DNA of 53,931 bases from Gemmatimonadota bacterium (lineage in GTDB: Bacteria > Gemmatimonadota > Gemmatimonadetes > Gemmatimonadales > GWC2-71-9), in assembly GCA_036679605.1 (NCBI GenBank), contig JAZDCZ010000075.1:1-53931 (forward strand). Direction: 5' to 3'. This document shows positions 31,032 through 41,323 of the stretch, piece by piece. The notes under the pieces were generated by a model. It was not told the origin of the DNA. It ran no database searches and worked only from the letters and a program-made list of their open reading frames with translations. The position numbers and the translations under genes are program-made. Position 1 is the stretch's first letter. Each line of letters starts with the position of its first letter.

Positions 31032-32105
31032 CTATTGCGAAATCGAATAGGTGAGCGTGGTCGTAAGGAGGGTATCGAGTTCCTTTATGCCGGGCTGCGG
31101 CGTACTGTCGAATTCGCTCAACAGGCCGATACGAAATCCTATTCCTTTGTAGACGGAAGTCGTGACGTTCGCCTCGGAGCGGAGACGGTAGTCTCCGAAA
31201 TCTCGTGCATTAGGTGCCCACGATGTTTTCCAGGCAAAGGCAGACGGCCCAAATGTTTGGCGAAATTCCGTTCCAGTAGTGAGCACCGCCGATGTTGCAG
31301 TTCCGTTGGCTACAAAGTTTTCGATCCTCGCGCCGCCGGCTGCCGAAAAACGGAAGTCCGTGGTCTTGGTTGACACTATCTGGATGCCTAGACCTCCGTT
31401 GTAGTTTGATCTGAGGTCGATATCCTGGAATGTATCCCGCTCTTGTCTGGTTTCGGCGAACGCGAAGAGTCGGTCGGTAAAGAAGATGTCCATTCGGAGT
31501 GCGCCGTAGAACTTGGACACCGTTAGCTCGAACTCTCCCGCCGCCGTGCGACTCTGTTCCCGACTCATGCCAAGCGAAAGATTGATTCGATCTTTGGGAG
31601 ATTTCCGCTCGATTTCCCCGTTGGCCGTGAGCGCACGAGCCCTACTGTTGCCACTCTTGTCCGAGAAGCCAAGGCCGGCTGTTGCTCGCCAGAACCGAAG
31701 AAACGGAGTGAAGGTGTCGACATGTACGGGCTCCAAAGCGCCAAGGTCGGTTGCGTCTCCCACGGCACTAAGCTCCGAAAGCCGAACGGTCCGGGCAGTG
31801 CCGTCGTTCAAGGCAAGCACCAAGTTCCCATTAGAGGATGACACTGTTGCTGCCGCGATGGTTCCGTCAGAAAGACGCACTCCGATTGGGTCGGGCGATG
31901 AAAACGCCGTTATCTGGTCTGCAGGCAGTTTTGCGGTGCCGCCGACGAACTGAAACTGCCAAGTGTCGGGTTCAATTCTGGTCAGGTGCCCGGAGATTCG
32001 ATCTCCGTTGGCCAATGAAATTCTTTGTTGAGCCTCGATGGCCGCAAACGGCGCGAGAAGTAGTAGCGGCACAAGTATGTCGCGACAGTGCGTTAGGGCG
32101 AACAT
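31032..32105 (-). CDS. DUF481-like outer membrane beta-barrel protein
   Basis: Signal peptide, L.NGDRISG N-terminal domain, SGNS motif, amphipathic strands, terminal L.YS. Confidence 0.8.
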   Translation of the reverse strand: MFALTHCRDILVPLLLLAPFAAIEAQQRISLANGDRISGHLTRIEPDTWQFQFVGGTAKLPADQITAFSSPDPIGVRLSDGTIAAATVSSSNGNLVLALNDGTARTVRLSELSAVGDATDLGALEPVHVDTFTPFLRFWRATAGLGFSDKSGNSRARALTANGEIERKSPKDRINLSLGMSREQSRTAAGEFELTVSKFYGALRMDIFFTDRLFAFAETRQERDTFQDIDLRSNYNGGLGIQIVSTKTTDFRFSAAGGARIENFVANGTATSAVLTTGTEFRQTFGPSAFAWKTSWAPNARDFGDYRLRSEANVTTSVYKGIGFRIGLLSEFDSTPQPGIKELDTLLTTTLTYSISQ

Positions 32106-32149
32106 GATTTGTATTCCCGGTATTTAGGCCGAAACGAACGGTGTTAGCA

Positions 32150-32806
32150 CTATACGTCAGATGGTAATAGGTCGAGGAATCGATGTCCTTCGAACTCCAC
32201 GGTCTCTCCGGAGCGAAATTTCACGGGGTACTTGAACTCGGGGCCGTCATACACGAACGTATGATATTCACCAAGTTCTCCACAGGGATCGAGGTCCTCA
32301 GTGCAGCCCAGCTCGGTCACGAGGTCGGCATCGAACTCTCGCCCAAGCAGGTCTCTCGCGCCTTGGTTCGAGTCCACGCTGACCACGACCAGCTGGTAGC
32401 CGCGTTCCACGGACTCCCATGCAAGTTCGATCGGTGGGTCTCCCCAGATCGGCTCGACATGCTCGAACCCTGCTTCCCTGACCCGATCCTCGTACCAGGA
32501 TCGTACATCGGACAGGTGGATATTTCCGAAGATCACTCCTTCAACGCCGCGCTCCGTCAACTCGTCCAGCGCGCTGGCGAAAGCTTGCTCGAAGTCGTCG
32601 GGTGTAGTGTACCGGGTGATCGGTTTCAAGCCCAAACACTCTGCTTGTTTCAAGATTAGTTCGTGTCGAACCCCATGGAATCTGACCCTGTTGGTAGAAC
32701 CCTCGTAGATGTTGACAAGGTAGTGTACCTCTAGGCTATTTCTGCGAGCACGGTCCAGCGCCAGAGTGGAATCTTTACCCCCGCTACTCATTATGGCGTA
32801 CGGCAT
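32150..32806 (-). CDS. Diphthine-ammonia ligase-like (Dph6/MJ0570-related) PP-loop ATPase
   Basis: SSGGKDS, FGNI and DPCGE.GEYHTFVYDGP.F motifs. Confidence 0.88.
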   Translation of the reverse strand: MPYAIMSSGGKDSTLALDRARRNSLEVHYLVNIYEGSTNRVRFHGVRHELILKQAECLGLKPITRYTTPDDFEQAFASALDELTERGVEGVIFGNIHLSDVRSWYEDRVREAGFEHVEPIWGDPPIELAWESVERGYQLVVVSVDSNQGARDLLGREFDADLVTELGCTEDLDPCGELGEYHTFVYDGPEFKYPVKFRSGETVEFEGHRFLDLLPSDV

Positions 32807-33037
32807 GGCCTAAGGTAGCGCGCGAGGCCCCCGGTCTGCCAGGGCCAGGATAGCTGATGCTTGTGAGGGAAGAAGTTAGTATCTTTGTAGCTCCTTAGGT
32901 TAGCTTGGCCGCCGCCGGCTGTCTTTTGGGAAAGGCGTTCTCCAAGTGGTGTTCTCGCTCAGTCAAAACCCAATCGGATGCTGCTGTGGTCCCTGCGGCA
33001 GACCATCCATTCTTGGTCGTGGGATGCAGCGTCCCCT

Positions 33038-35446
33038 ATGAGCAATTCCGCGCCCTCCAACACGCGGGACGACGGTATCGATCTCGGCTCCATACTCGAG
33101 CACATTTCCGATGCCGTTATCCTCGCCGATAGCCATGGGAAGGTGTGTCTATTCAACCGGGCAGCGGAGACCATGTTCGGCTATTCCCAGGAAGAGATGC
33201 AGGGGAAGCAGGTGTCAATTCTCGTGCCGGAGCGATTGCGGGAGGCACATGCCCGCGGTGTGCAGCGGATAGCATCTGGCGGCACGTCCCACCTCAATGG
33301 AAAGACGGTGAAGTTGACGGGCCTCCGTAGCGACGGCACGGAATTTCCCATCGAGCTGTCGCTTTCCGATTGCCAAGGTGATTCCGGATGTTACTTGACT
33401 GCGGTTATTCGAGACGGCTCGGAACGTGAACGAGCCGAAGCCGCGCTGAGGTTGGAGCGGGCGTATTTCGAAGAGCTATTTCAGAGTTCGCCGGAGGCGA
33501 TCGTACTGGTCGATAACGAGAGTCGTGTCCTCCGCCAGAACCGAGAATTCACTCGGTTGTTCGGCTACTCAGCCGAAGAGATGACCGGGAACTCGGTCGA
33601 CGTCGCACTTGCGTCAGAGGAGCTGCAGTCGGAGGCAGGTGCCTTTACGCATCGAGTTGCTGAGGGCGAGCGGCTATGCGTCGAAGCGGTGCGCAAGTCC
33701 AAGGAGGGGAAGTTGATAGATGTGTCCATATTGGCAGCGCCAATTGCTACCGAAATGGGCCAGGTGGCGGCTTACGCGATCTACCGTGACATAACCGATG
33801 AAAAGCGCGCGGATAAAGAACTGCGGACGAGCGAGGCGAGATACAGACACATCTTTCACTCAACGTCTGTTTCGATTTGGGAGGAAGATCTCACAGCTGT
33901 CAAGCGGGTTCTAGATGAGCTGAGAGACCAAGGTGTGAGTGATCTCTCTAGTTATCTCGGAGATCGTCCCGAGTTTACGCGAGAGGTTGCGCAGAAGATA
34001 CGAGTGCTGGATGTCAACGATGCTACCGTCAATATGTTCGAGGCGGAGAGTCGTGATGAACTTCTGGGGGCGCTTGATCTTAGTTTTATTAAAGATCATC
34101 TGAAGGCATTTGAAAGAGAGTTCGTTGCCATTGCGGAAGGCAAACCGTTTTTTGAGGTGGAAGTAGAGACCCAAACCTTACGCGGCAGACCGATCGACAT
34201 CGTTATGAAGATGATGATTCCTGGCGAAACAGAGCAATTTCGTAGTGTGCTGGTGAGCGTCGTCGATGTTAGTGAACGCAAACGGGTTGAGGAAGCCATT
34301 CAGCGAACGCAACGGCTAGAGAGTTTGGGAATGCTGGGCGGCGGACTGGCCCACGAGTTCAACAATATTCTGGTCTCTATTCTAGGCAATGCGGAACTCG
34401 CGCAGATGGAGTTGCCCACCTCTTCTCCGGTGCGCGATATGCTGACCGAGATAGGGTCGGCGGTACACCGAGCTGCTGAACTGACCGATGAGATGTTGGC
34501 CTTTTCAGGTAAGGCCAAAGTCGATATAAAGCCGCTCGACGTTACCGCGGAGGTCCAGAGCGCCAAGCAGTCGCTCGAAGCCATCTGTCCAGCCAACCTG
34601 ATGATCCAGTATGATCTGCCTGTAGATCTGCCGCAGGTGCTGGGAGATCCGTCGCGGATCAAACAGGCGTTACTAGGCCTGGTGAGCAACGCGGCCGAGG
34701 CGATGGAGGGTGAGCAAGGCACAATTTCTGTGAGCGCGGGGCTCAGCAACCTCGACAGTTCAGAACTTCGCAGGGGATATTGGACCGACGCTCTCGCCAG
34801 CGGCCAGTACGTCTCCCTTCGGGTTACGGACACAGGCGTGGGGATGGGCCGTGATACCATGGCAAAGGTGTTCGATCCGTTCTTCAGCACCAAGTTTGCC
34901 GGACGTGGCTTGGGGCTAGCAGCGGTGTTGGGGATCATGCGCAGTATTGGTGGGGCGATACAAATGGTCTCCGGGCAGAACCAAGGTACTACCGTGACCC
35001 TGGTGTTCCCCAGGGCTGAATCGGCACAGAAGCAACCCGCTTCGACGGGCAAGGATTTTTCCGAGTGGAGGGGGAGCGGTGAGATCTTGGTCGTTGACGA
35101 TGAGAGGGCGGTTCGGTCGGTCACCAAGAAAGTGCTATGCCGGTGGGGGTTTACGGTCCTGACCGCAGACGACGGTGATGAGGGTGTGGAGCTATTCCGC
35201 AATAACTCCAGCAACTTGAAAGCGGTGTTGCTCGATTTCATGATGCCAAAGATGAACGGGGATCTTGCCTTTGCTGAAATGCGTGGCATAGATCCTCACG
35301 TACCGATCATCCTCTTGAGCGGGTATGCGGATCGTGATACTGGTGGCGAGAGTCCGTTCGAGGGACCTGATGCATTCATTCACAAACCCTTCGAACTGAC
35401 CGAACTCTTTGAAACCCTTTTGGGAGTCTTGAAACTCCAGGAGTGA
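33038..35446 (+). CDS. Cytoplasmic hybrid histidine kinase (3 PAS-HisKA-HATPase-REC)
   Basis: PAS motifs (FNRAAETMFGY; DGTEFPIELSLS), LAHEFNN H-box, FDPFFSTK.GRGLGL, receiver VVDDE...LLDFMMP...FIHKPF. Confidence 0.93.
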   Translation: MSNSAPSNTRDDGIDLGSILEHISDAVILADSHGKVCLFNRAAETMFGYSQEEMQGKQVSILVPERLREAHARGVQRIASGGTSHLNGKTVKLTGLRSDGTEFPIELSLSDCQGDSGCYLTAVIRDGSERERAEAALRLERAYFEELFQSSPEAIVLVDNESRVLRQNREFTRLFGYSAEEMTGNSVDVALASEELQSEAGAFTHRVAEGERLCVEAVRKSKEGKLIDVSILAAPIATEMGQVAAYAIYRDITDEKRADKELRTSEARYRHIFHSTSVSIWEEDLTAVKRVLDELRDQGVSDLSSYLGDRPEFTREVAQKIRVLDVNDATVNMFEAESRDELLGALDLSFIKDHLKAFEREFVAIAEGKPFFEVEVETQTLRGRPIDIVMKMMIPGETEQFRSVLVSVVDVSERKRVEEAIQRTQRLESLGMLGGGLAHEFNNILVSILGNAELAQMELPTSSPVRDMLTEIGSAVHRAAELTDEMLAFSGKAKVDIKPLDVTAEVQSAKQSLEAICPANLMIQYDLPVDLPQVLGDPSRIKQALLGLVSNAAEAMEGEQGTISVSAGLSNLDSSELRRGYWTDALASGQYVSLRVTDTGVGMGRDTMAKVFDPFFSTKFAGRGLGLAAVLGIMRSIGGAIQMVSGQNQGTTVTLVFPRAESAQKQPASTGKDFSEWRGSGEILVVDDERAVRSVTKKVLCRWGFTVLTADDGDEGVELFRNNSSNLKAVLLDFMMPKMNGDLAFAEMRGIDPHVPIILLSGYADRDTGGESPFEGPDAFIHKPFELTELFETLLGVLKLQE

Positions 35447-35487
35447 TTTGCCGGAAAACTCTCTCAATGCGCTGGTTTCAGCTGCTT

Positions 35488-36156
35488 TCATGCATTCTCG
35501 AGGTTGAGCATCTCGATGCCTGCAATTGGGCTCGTAATGGACGAGTGTTCTAGTCTGCTCATTCGCTCAATGCTCTTGGTCATTCTCGTCGCGGCCGCAC
35601 GAATGCTGGCTAGTCCTTCTTTTTGATCGGAGGTGAGATTGCTCTGGTCGGCGGCCAGGAGCTGACCCTCAGCGACCACAGTCGTGAGAGCGTTGTTGAT
35701 TTCGTGCTGTACGGCCAAGGAGAGCTGTCCGATGGCAGCCATACGCTCCTGTTGTATGGTCTTCTGGTAGTGTGTATGAAGTTCCTCGGATAGCCAGCCT
35801 ACGCTAATGGAGAGCGTCCCGTAGGCTATGTAGATAGGCACTGTGATTCGCCAGTCGTCTGGTGTGAAGTTGAAGGCTACCACAGCCTGAACTACGACGA
35901 AAAGCGATGTGCCCATCATGAGCGACAGAAAGGCTCCTTTGATTCCGTAGTGGAGCGAAAGGAGGAAAGCTGGAACGAGTGTAGCTAGCCACACCAACTC
36001 GTCTGTCAGCGCAGGGTCATCCGGGAGCACAATTTGAACCACTACTGGAATTAGATAGGCGGTTGCCGCGTAAAACCCGAAGCGCGGAGAGATAGGAGGA
36101 CGATGTGAAACGTGGTCGATTTTGATTGCATTAGAGACTAAGTGACTTATCGACAT
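35488..36156 (-). CDS. Membrane protein with a HisKA/DHp domain but no HATPase domain (start uncertain)
   Basis: About 4 TM helices, then ERMAAIGQL...HEINNAL; ends about 70 aa after the His with no N/G boxes. Confidence 0.8.
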   Translation of the reverse strand: MSISHLVSNAIKIDHVSHRPPISPRFGFYAATAYLIPVVVQIVLPDDPALTDELVWLATLVPAFLLSLHYGIKGAFLSLMMGTSLFVVVQAVVAFNFTPDDWRITVPIYIAYGTLSISVGWLSEELHTHYQKTIQQERMAAIGQLSLAVQHEINNALTTVVAEGQLLAADQSNLTSDQKEGLASIRAAATRMTKSIERMSRLEHSSITSPIAGIEMLNLENA

Positions 36157-36317
36157 GGCGTTCTGTAACCCCGGGGCATTGGATCGTAGTAACATTATGC
36201 TGCGGCGCGAAATAGAAAAGAGGTGGGGGAGATATGGCCATGATCTGGGGCAGACGATTAGCGGATATCAGCGGGCCGGCACGATGTCGTGGAGGGACAC
36301 ATTGAGAGAGGAGTCCT

Positions 36318-39212
36318 GTGCAGGATCAATCTAAGACGAAAGCCCAACTGATCGCTGAATTGCAGGAAGCGCGCAGGCGGGTGAATGACTTGGAAGATGT
36401 CTCCCGCGCTGATGAGCGGGTCGTGGAGGTGTGGGGCGGCATGAAACAAGCCCTCGATTCGATGCAGCTAGGTGTTACAATAGCCGACACGGCGGGTCGG
36501 ATTCTGTACAGCAACCGTGCAGATGCCGAGATGCACGGATACACAGCCCAGGAGTTGGTTGGGCGAAAAGCGTCGCTGTTTGCTCCTGCCGGGCGTAAGA
36601 GACGGATGAAACGCGGTGAGTTTAGGGTCGCCGAAGAATGGCAGAGGGAAGGGGTCAACGTGCGGCGGGACGGCACAACGTTCCCGGTCAACCTCACATC
36701 GGAGATCCTAAGGGATGGGAGAGGTGAGCCTGTTGGCATGGTGACGGTGTGCCAGGACATAACAGCGCGCAGAGCCGTGGAGAGTGAGCTACAGGCAAGC
36801 GACCAGAAGTACCAAAGCCTGTTCGACGAGAGTAAGGGACTCATTTGCACCCACGACCTCAATGGAGTCCTGATATCGCTCAACCCCGCGGTGGCTACAC
36901 TACTCGGTTATGAGCCGGAGGAATTGGTGGGGAGGTCACTGGATACGATGCTTGACCCGGCTGGGAGGTCTCAGTTCCCGGACTACTTGAATCGTCTCTC
37001 GGAACGTGGTGAAGCCAGCGGAATAATGCGGGTGGTTACGCAAAGAGGTGAGGTTCGGACTTGGCTCTTTAGGAGCGCAGTACACGAGGACTTGAGCCAC
37101 CGGCGCTACGTGGTCGGCCACGCCCAGGACGTGACTGCATTGAAGCAAGCTGAAGACGCGTTGAAAAAGAGTCGAACCTGCCTGCAGTTGGTCAACAGCG
37201 TGGCGACCGGCATCAATACCGGCTCTTCCAAACATGAGATTATCAACCTGACTATGGAGCAATTGGCTGCGGTTTTCAGCGATCTCCAGGTGATATTTAT
37301 CGGGGTTGGGGTCAGTGGTTACGCTTCAGTCGTGAAGGCCGTTCGGCCGGCCGGATCGGTCGATAGAGAGATGGGCGATCGGGATCTCAACTCTGCTCCC
37401 GAGTACTTCACCACGCTGCGGCGAGGTCGGCCCATCATTGTTGAGGACGTCGAGCAAGATCAACGGCTAGGGAGCCTGGTGCCACATTTCTTGGAGAACG
37501 GCACGCGAGCCATGTTGGAGGTTCCGGTCATACGCTCCACCGATCTCGTCGGCATCCTGTCCTTGCAATCCGAAGAGCCACGCACGTGGGATATGTACGA
37601 GATTGCGATGTTGTCGGAGGTCGGTGATTACATGACCGTGGCGATACGCGACGCTCACGAGCGGGACGAACGACGGCGCGCAGAGGATGGACGGAAACGA
37701 TCAGAGGCTGACTATCGTGCTCTAATCTCCCATGCGACCTACGGGATTTATCGGACCTCGACGGATGGTGCGTTCCGAATCGTGAATCCGGCCCTGGTGA
37801 CCATGCTCGGTTACGAATCAGAGCAGGAAGTGTTGGCGCTAGGTCTTGCTGCAGATATCTATGCAGATCCACAACAACCCTCGTGGTTGACCGAGGACTA
37901 CGGTGCTGACGAACGCGTTGAGGAAATCGAAGCGAAGTGGAAGCGCAAGGATGGGAAGCTCATCACCGTCCGGCTGAACGGAAGAGTCATCAGGGGTGCA
38001 GACGGGAAGCCCACCGGAGTAGAGGTGTTTGCGGAGGATGTTACCGAGCGGGAATTGTTGGAGGAGCAACTAAGGCAGTCACAGAAGATGGAAGTTGTTG
38101 GGCAGCTGACGGGAGGAATCGCACACGACTTCAACAACATACTCACCGTGATTCTTGCAAGTGCGAAGCTTCTCAGAGCTTCAATGCCTCCTGACGAAGA
38201 AGAGATGCAGCTAGATCTGGCGGAACTCGAATCGGCAGCGAGGCGAGGTGCGGCACTCGTTAAGCGCCTGTTGGGTTTTAGCCGTCGAGCAATGTTAAGT
38301 TTGAAACCCTTAGACCTCGGCGCCCTGGTTGACGACCTCCTCAAGACCTTACGTCGATTGCTACCGGGTAACATCGATATCCAGCTCTCAGGTCCGACTA
38401 AACTGCCGTCTGTTAGCGCAGACTCCGGGGCCGTAGAGCAGATAATTATCAACCTGGCCACCAATGCCCGCGACGCGATGCCCAAGGGCGGTGTGCTGCG
38501 GGTCGAAACGACGGTTGTGCGGCTGGATAAGAAACATAAGACCGAGCAGGGATGGGGTGATCCTGGAGAGTACATCCGGCTATCGGTTTGTGACGACGGC
38601 GTCGGGATGGACGACGAGACAATTGAGAAAGTTTTTGAGCCATTCTTCACCACGAAGGAGCAGGGACGGGGCACGGGGCTAGGCATGTCGACCGTTTACG
38701 GACTGATGAAGCAACACCGTGGATTCGTGGATGTGCACAGTGAAATTGGGGCCGGAACCACGGTCACGTTGTACTTTCGGGGGACCAATGGTGATGTGAG
38801 AGCGGAACAAGAGGTCGCAGAGCTGGAGGCGGCCCCGAGGGGGACGGAGACGATTCTATTCGTGGAGGACGAGGCTCCTATCAGGCGTGTGGGAAAGAAG
38901 GTCCTCGAGCTACACGGATACACGGTGTTGCAAGCGGTAGATGGCGAGGAAGCTCTCGGCGTGCTGCGGGAATATCGAACAAAGATAGCATTGGTAATAA
39001 CCGACGTGGTCATGCCCAAGCTGAGCGGGCCGGATCTGTATCAAGAGGTAAGAGCCAATATTGGGGATCTCAAGTTCATCCTCATGAGTGGATACACTGC
39101 ACGCGACGTACACTCGACCGTAAGTCTGGATCGAGATCTCCCGTTCTTGCAGAAGCCATGGACCTCCAGCGAACTCCTAGTGCGCGTCCGCGAAACACTC
39201 GATCGACCGTAG
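36318..39212 (+). CDS. Hybrid histidine kinase (PAS-PAS-GAF-PAS-HisKA-HATPase-REC)
   Basis: GAGGAG RBS; QKME.VGQL.GGIAHDFNN, NLATNARDAMP, FEPFFTTK.GTGLG, receiver FVEDE...TDVVMP...LQKP. Confidence 0.94.
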   Translation: MQDQSKTKAQLIAELQEARRRVNDLEDVSRADERVVEVWGGMKQALDSMQLGVTIADTAGRILYSNRADAEMHGYTAQELVGRKASLFAPAGRKRRMKRGEFRVAEEWQREGVNVRRDGTTFPVNLTSEILRDGRGEPVGMVTVCQDITARRAVESELQASDQKYQSLFDESKGLICTHDLNGVLISLNPAVATLLGYEPEELVGRSLDTMLDPAGRSQFPDYLNRLSERGEASGIMRVVTQRGEVRTWLFRSAVHEDLSHRRYVVGHAQDVTALKQAEDALKKSRTCLQLVNSVATGINTGSSKHEIINLTMEQLAAVFSDLQVIFIGVGVSGYASVVKAVRPAGSVDREMGDRDLNSAPEYFTTLRRGRPIIVEDVEQDQRLGSLVPHFLENGTRAMLEVPVIRSTDLVGILSLQSEEPRTWDMYEIAMLSEVGDYMTVAIRDAHERDERRRAEDGRKRSEADYRALISHATYGIYRTSTDGAFRIVNPALVTMLGYESEQEVLALGLAADIYADPQQPSWLTEDYGADERVEEIEAKWKRKDGKLITVRLNGRVIRGADGKPTGVEVFAEDVTERELLEEQLRQSQKMEVVGQLTGGIAHDFNNILTVILASAKLLRASMPPDEEEMQLDLAELESAARRGAALVKRLLGFSRRAMLSLKPLDLGALVDDLLKTLRRLLPGNIDIQLSGPTKLPSVSADSGAVEQIIINLATNARDAMPKGGVLRVETTVVRLDKKHKTEQGWGDPGEYIRLSVCDDGVGMDDETIEKVFEPFFTTKEQGRGTGLGMSTVYGLMKQHRGFVDVHSEIGAGTTVTLYFRGTNGDVRAEQEVAELEAAPRGTETILFVEDEAPIRRVGKKVLELHGYTVLQAVDGEEALGVLREYRTKIALVITDVVMPKLSGPDLYQEVRANIGDLKFILMSGYTARDVHSTVSLDRDLPFLQKPWTSSELLVRVRETLDRP

Positions 39213-39349
39213 CAATAACTGTGGGTCGAGGTCCCCTCGCCGCCGGAGTGAGCTGCGTCAAATAGATTACCCCTGAACAGGATTGGTACGGTATCGGTGA
39301 CCCCCGTGGGCTACGATGATGTGGTCTACAGAGGAGGTCATGGAAATCA

Positions 39350-40918
39350 GTGCTCGCTCGAATACGATCGGCCGCCGTACTTGGAATCGACGCGTATCTG
39401 GTGGACGTCGAGACGGATATTTCTAACGGGCTCCCGTCGTTCACCACCGTTGGCCTACCACAAGGCGCGGTCAAGGAAGGGAGGGAGCGGGTCGGCGCGT
39501 CGATTGCCAATTCCCATTTTCTGTTTCCACTCAAGCGCATAACGGTCAACCTCGCCCCGGCAGACATCCGAAAAGACGGTTCGGCCTTCGACCTGCCGAT
39601 AGCGCTAGGAATCCTCGCGGCGACAGGGCAGTTGAACGGCGTCTCGCCGGGCCAAGAGAACGGTCGCGGCCACTCCGGCATCGATGATTACGTGATCGTC
39701 GGCGAATTGGGGTTGGAGGGAGATCTGCGGCCTGTTCGCGGGGCCCTTCCGGTGGCGCTCAGTGCCAAGGCGGCTGGGCTAAAAGGAGTGATAGTCCCAC
39801 TCGATAACCTGGCGGAGGCGGGGGTCGTCGACGGAATTGATATTCTCGGCGCATCGTCGCTGTGTCAGGTAGCGGAGTTCTTTGCCACTGGAAAGCGCTT
39901 GAGAGAGGCGGATGTAGACAGAGAGTCTCTGTTCGGCAAGCGCACTACCGACGATGTCGATTTCGCCGAGGTCAAGGGTCAAGAGCATACGAAGCGGGCC
40001 CTGGAGATAGCCGCGGCAGGTGCTCACAATGTGTTGATGGTTGGCCCGCCTGGGTCGGGCAAGACAATGTTGGCACGGCGGCTGCCCACCATTCTGCCGC
40101 AGATGAGCATGGAAGAGGCACTCGAGACCACCAAGATCCACTCGGTGGCGGGCATTCTGGGGCCGTCGTCTGCCTTGGTTACGACCAGGCCGTTTCGAGC
40201 ACCGCACCACACGATAAGTGATGCTGGGCTGATCGGGGGTGGGTCGTATCCTCGGCCTGGAGAGGTGAGCTTGGCGCAGGGCGGCGTGCTCTTCCTGGAC
40301 GAACTCCCGGAATTTCGCAAGAACGTGCTCGAGGTTTTGCGCCAGCCGATGGAGGACGGATTTGTAACCATCTCCCGGGCGTCGATGTCGCTGTGCTATC
40401 CCGCTCGCTTCATGCTGGCGGCAGCAATGAATCCATGTCCCTGCGGATATTTCGGTGACCCCGGACGAAGCTGCACCTGCGGAACGCAAGGGGTCGAACG
40501 CTATCTCTCTAGAGTGTCGGGGCCGTTGCTCGATCGCATAGACCTACATATCGAGGTGCCTGCCGTGCGCTACAAGGATCTCACCAAGGACCGGTCGGGG
40601 GAGCCTAGCGAGGCGATTCGCGAACGCGTCAATCGGGCACGAGAGGGTCAGAGGGAGCGCTTTCAAGAGCGCGAAGGAGTTTTTGCCAACGCTCACATGA
40701 CGGCTCGGGACATAGGGCGATTTTGCCGAACGAGTGCGAGCGCAGATTCCCTGTTGAGGACCGCGATCACGCGTCTCAGGCTCTCCGCCCGCGCGTACCA
40801 TCGCATCCTCAAGATCTCACGCACTATCGCCGACTTGGAGGAGAGCAAGGGAATCACTACGGCCCACATTAGTGAAGCCATACAGTACCGCAGCCTCGAC
40901 CGGGCAGGGCCGGCTTGA
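39350..40918 (+). CDS. comM: YifB/ComM Mg-chelatase-like AAA+ ATPase
   Basis: ITVNLAPAD..K.G..FDLPIA, GPPGSGKT, RPFRAPHH, PGEVSLA, FLDELPEF, AMNPCPCG and SGPLLDRID motifs. Confidence 0.95.
   Translation: MLARIRSAAVLGIDAYLVDVETDISNGLPSFTTVGLPQGAVKEGRERVGASIANSHFLFPLKRITVNLAPADIRKDGSAFDLPIALGILAATGQLNGVSPGQENGRGHSGIDDYVIVGELGLEGDLRPVRGALPVALSAKAAGLKGVIVPLDNLAEAGVVDGIDILGASSLCQVAEFFATGKRLREADVDRESLFGKRTTDDVDFAEVKGQEHTKRALEIAAAGAHNVLMVGPPGSGKTMLARRLPTILPQMSMEEALETTKIHSVAGILGPSSALVTTRPFRAPHHTISDAGLIGGGSYPRPGEVSLAQGGVLFLDELPEFRKNVLEVLRQPMEDGFVTISRASMSLCYPARFMLAAAMNPCPCGYFGDPGRSCTCGTQGVERYLSRVSGPLLDRIDLHIEVPAVRYKDLTKDRSGEPSEAIRERVNRAREGQRERFQEREGVFANAHMTARDIGRFCRTSASADSLLRTAITRLRLSARAYHRILKISRTIADLEESKGITTAHISEAIQYRSLDRAGPA
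40881..40903 (+). repeat. Direct repeat copy 1 (3' end of comM), att-like
   Basis: TACAGTACCGCAGCCTCGACCGG, identical to 41670-41692. Confidence 0.9.
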
Positions 40919-40943
40919 CGGTATATGCTCAATATGGCATATT
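40915..40943 (+). promoter_or_regulatory. Putative sigma70 promoter and operator of the TA operon
   Basis: TTGACG-N17-CATATT with inverted repeat ATATGC-N8-GCATAT (40923-40942). Confidence 0.6.
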
Positions 40944-41323
40944 TTGTTAGACCTGAGCCGGGGCTGCGACCGCTCCTCTGGGTCGGATCGTCCCTCAAGG
41001 ATCTTCGCAGCTTTCCGGAAGCGGTGCAGGACGTCATGGGCTACGCGCTGTTCCGAGCCCAGTTCGGCGAACGGCATCCGGCGGCCAAGGCGCTACGCGG
41101 AACATTGCGCGGGCTCATGGAGATCGTGGACGAGTATAGAGGCAATGCATACAGGGTGATCTACACAACGAAACTCACAGGTGCGATCTACGCGCTCCAT
41201 GTTTTTCGGAAGAAGGCGACCAGAGGAATTGCGACGCCCAAACATGAGGTAGAGCTTATGCAGGCGCGCTATCGCTGGGCTAAGCAGCATCACCATCGGC
41301 GGCTGGGAGATGGCAATGGCTGA
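40925..41323 (+). CDS. Type II toxin, RelE/ParE superfamily (Gp49/DUF891, HigB-like); true start uncertain
   Basis: W.GSS.KDL..FP..V, YRVIY and YALHVF.KK...GI.TPK motifs; upstream of an HTH antitoxin. Confidence 0.9.
   Translation: MLNMAYFVRPEPGLRPLLWVGSSLKDLRSFPEAVQDVMGYALFRAQFGERHPAAKALRGTLRGLMEIVDEYRGNAYRVIYTTKLTGAIYALHVFRKKATRGIATPKHEVELMQARYRWAKQHHHRRLGDGNG

Noticed and set aside
34300..35289. Long antisense ORFs such as 34300..35289, 14445..15308, 37898..38686 and 30213..31004
   Set aside because: They lie wholly over well-supported genes and are typical GC-rich shadow or alternate frames
36164..36189. TGTAAC-N15-CGTAG upstream of the 36318 kinase as a third ECF promoter
   Set aside because: Mismatch in the -35 box and a spacer 2 nt shorter than in the other two sites
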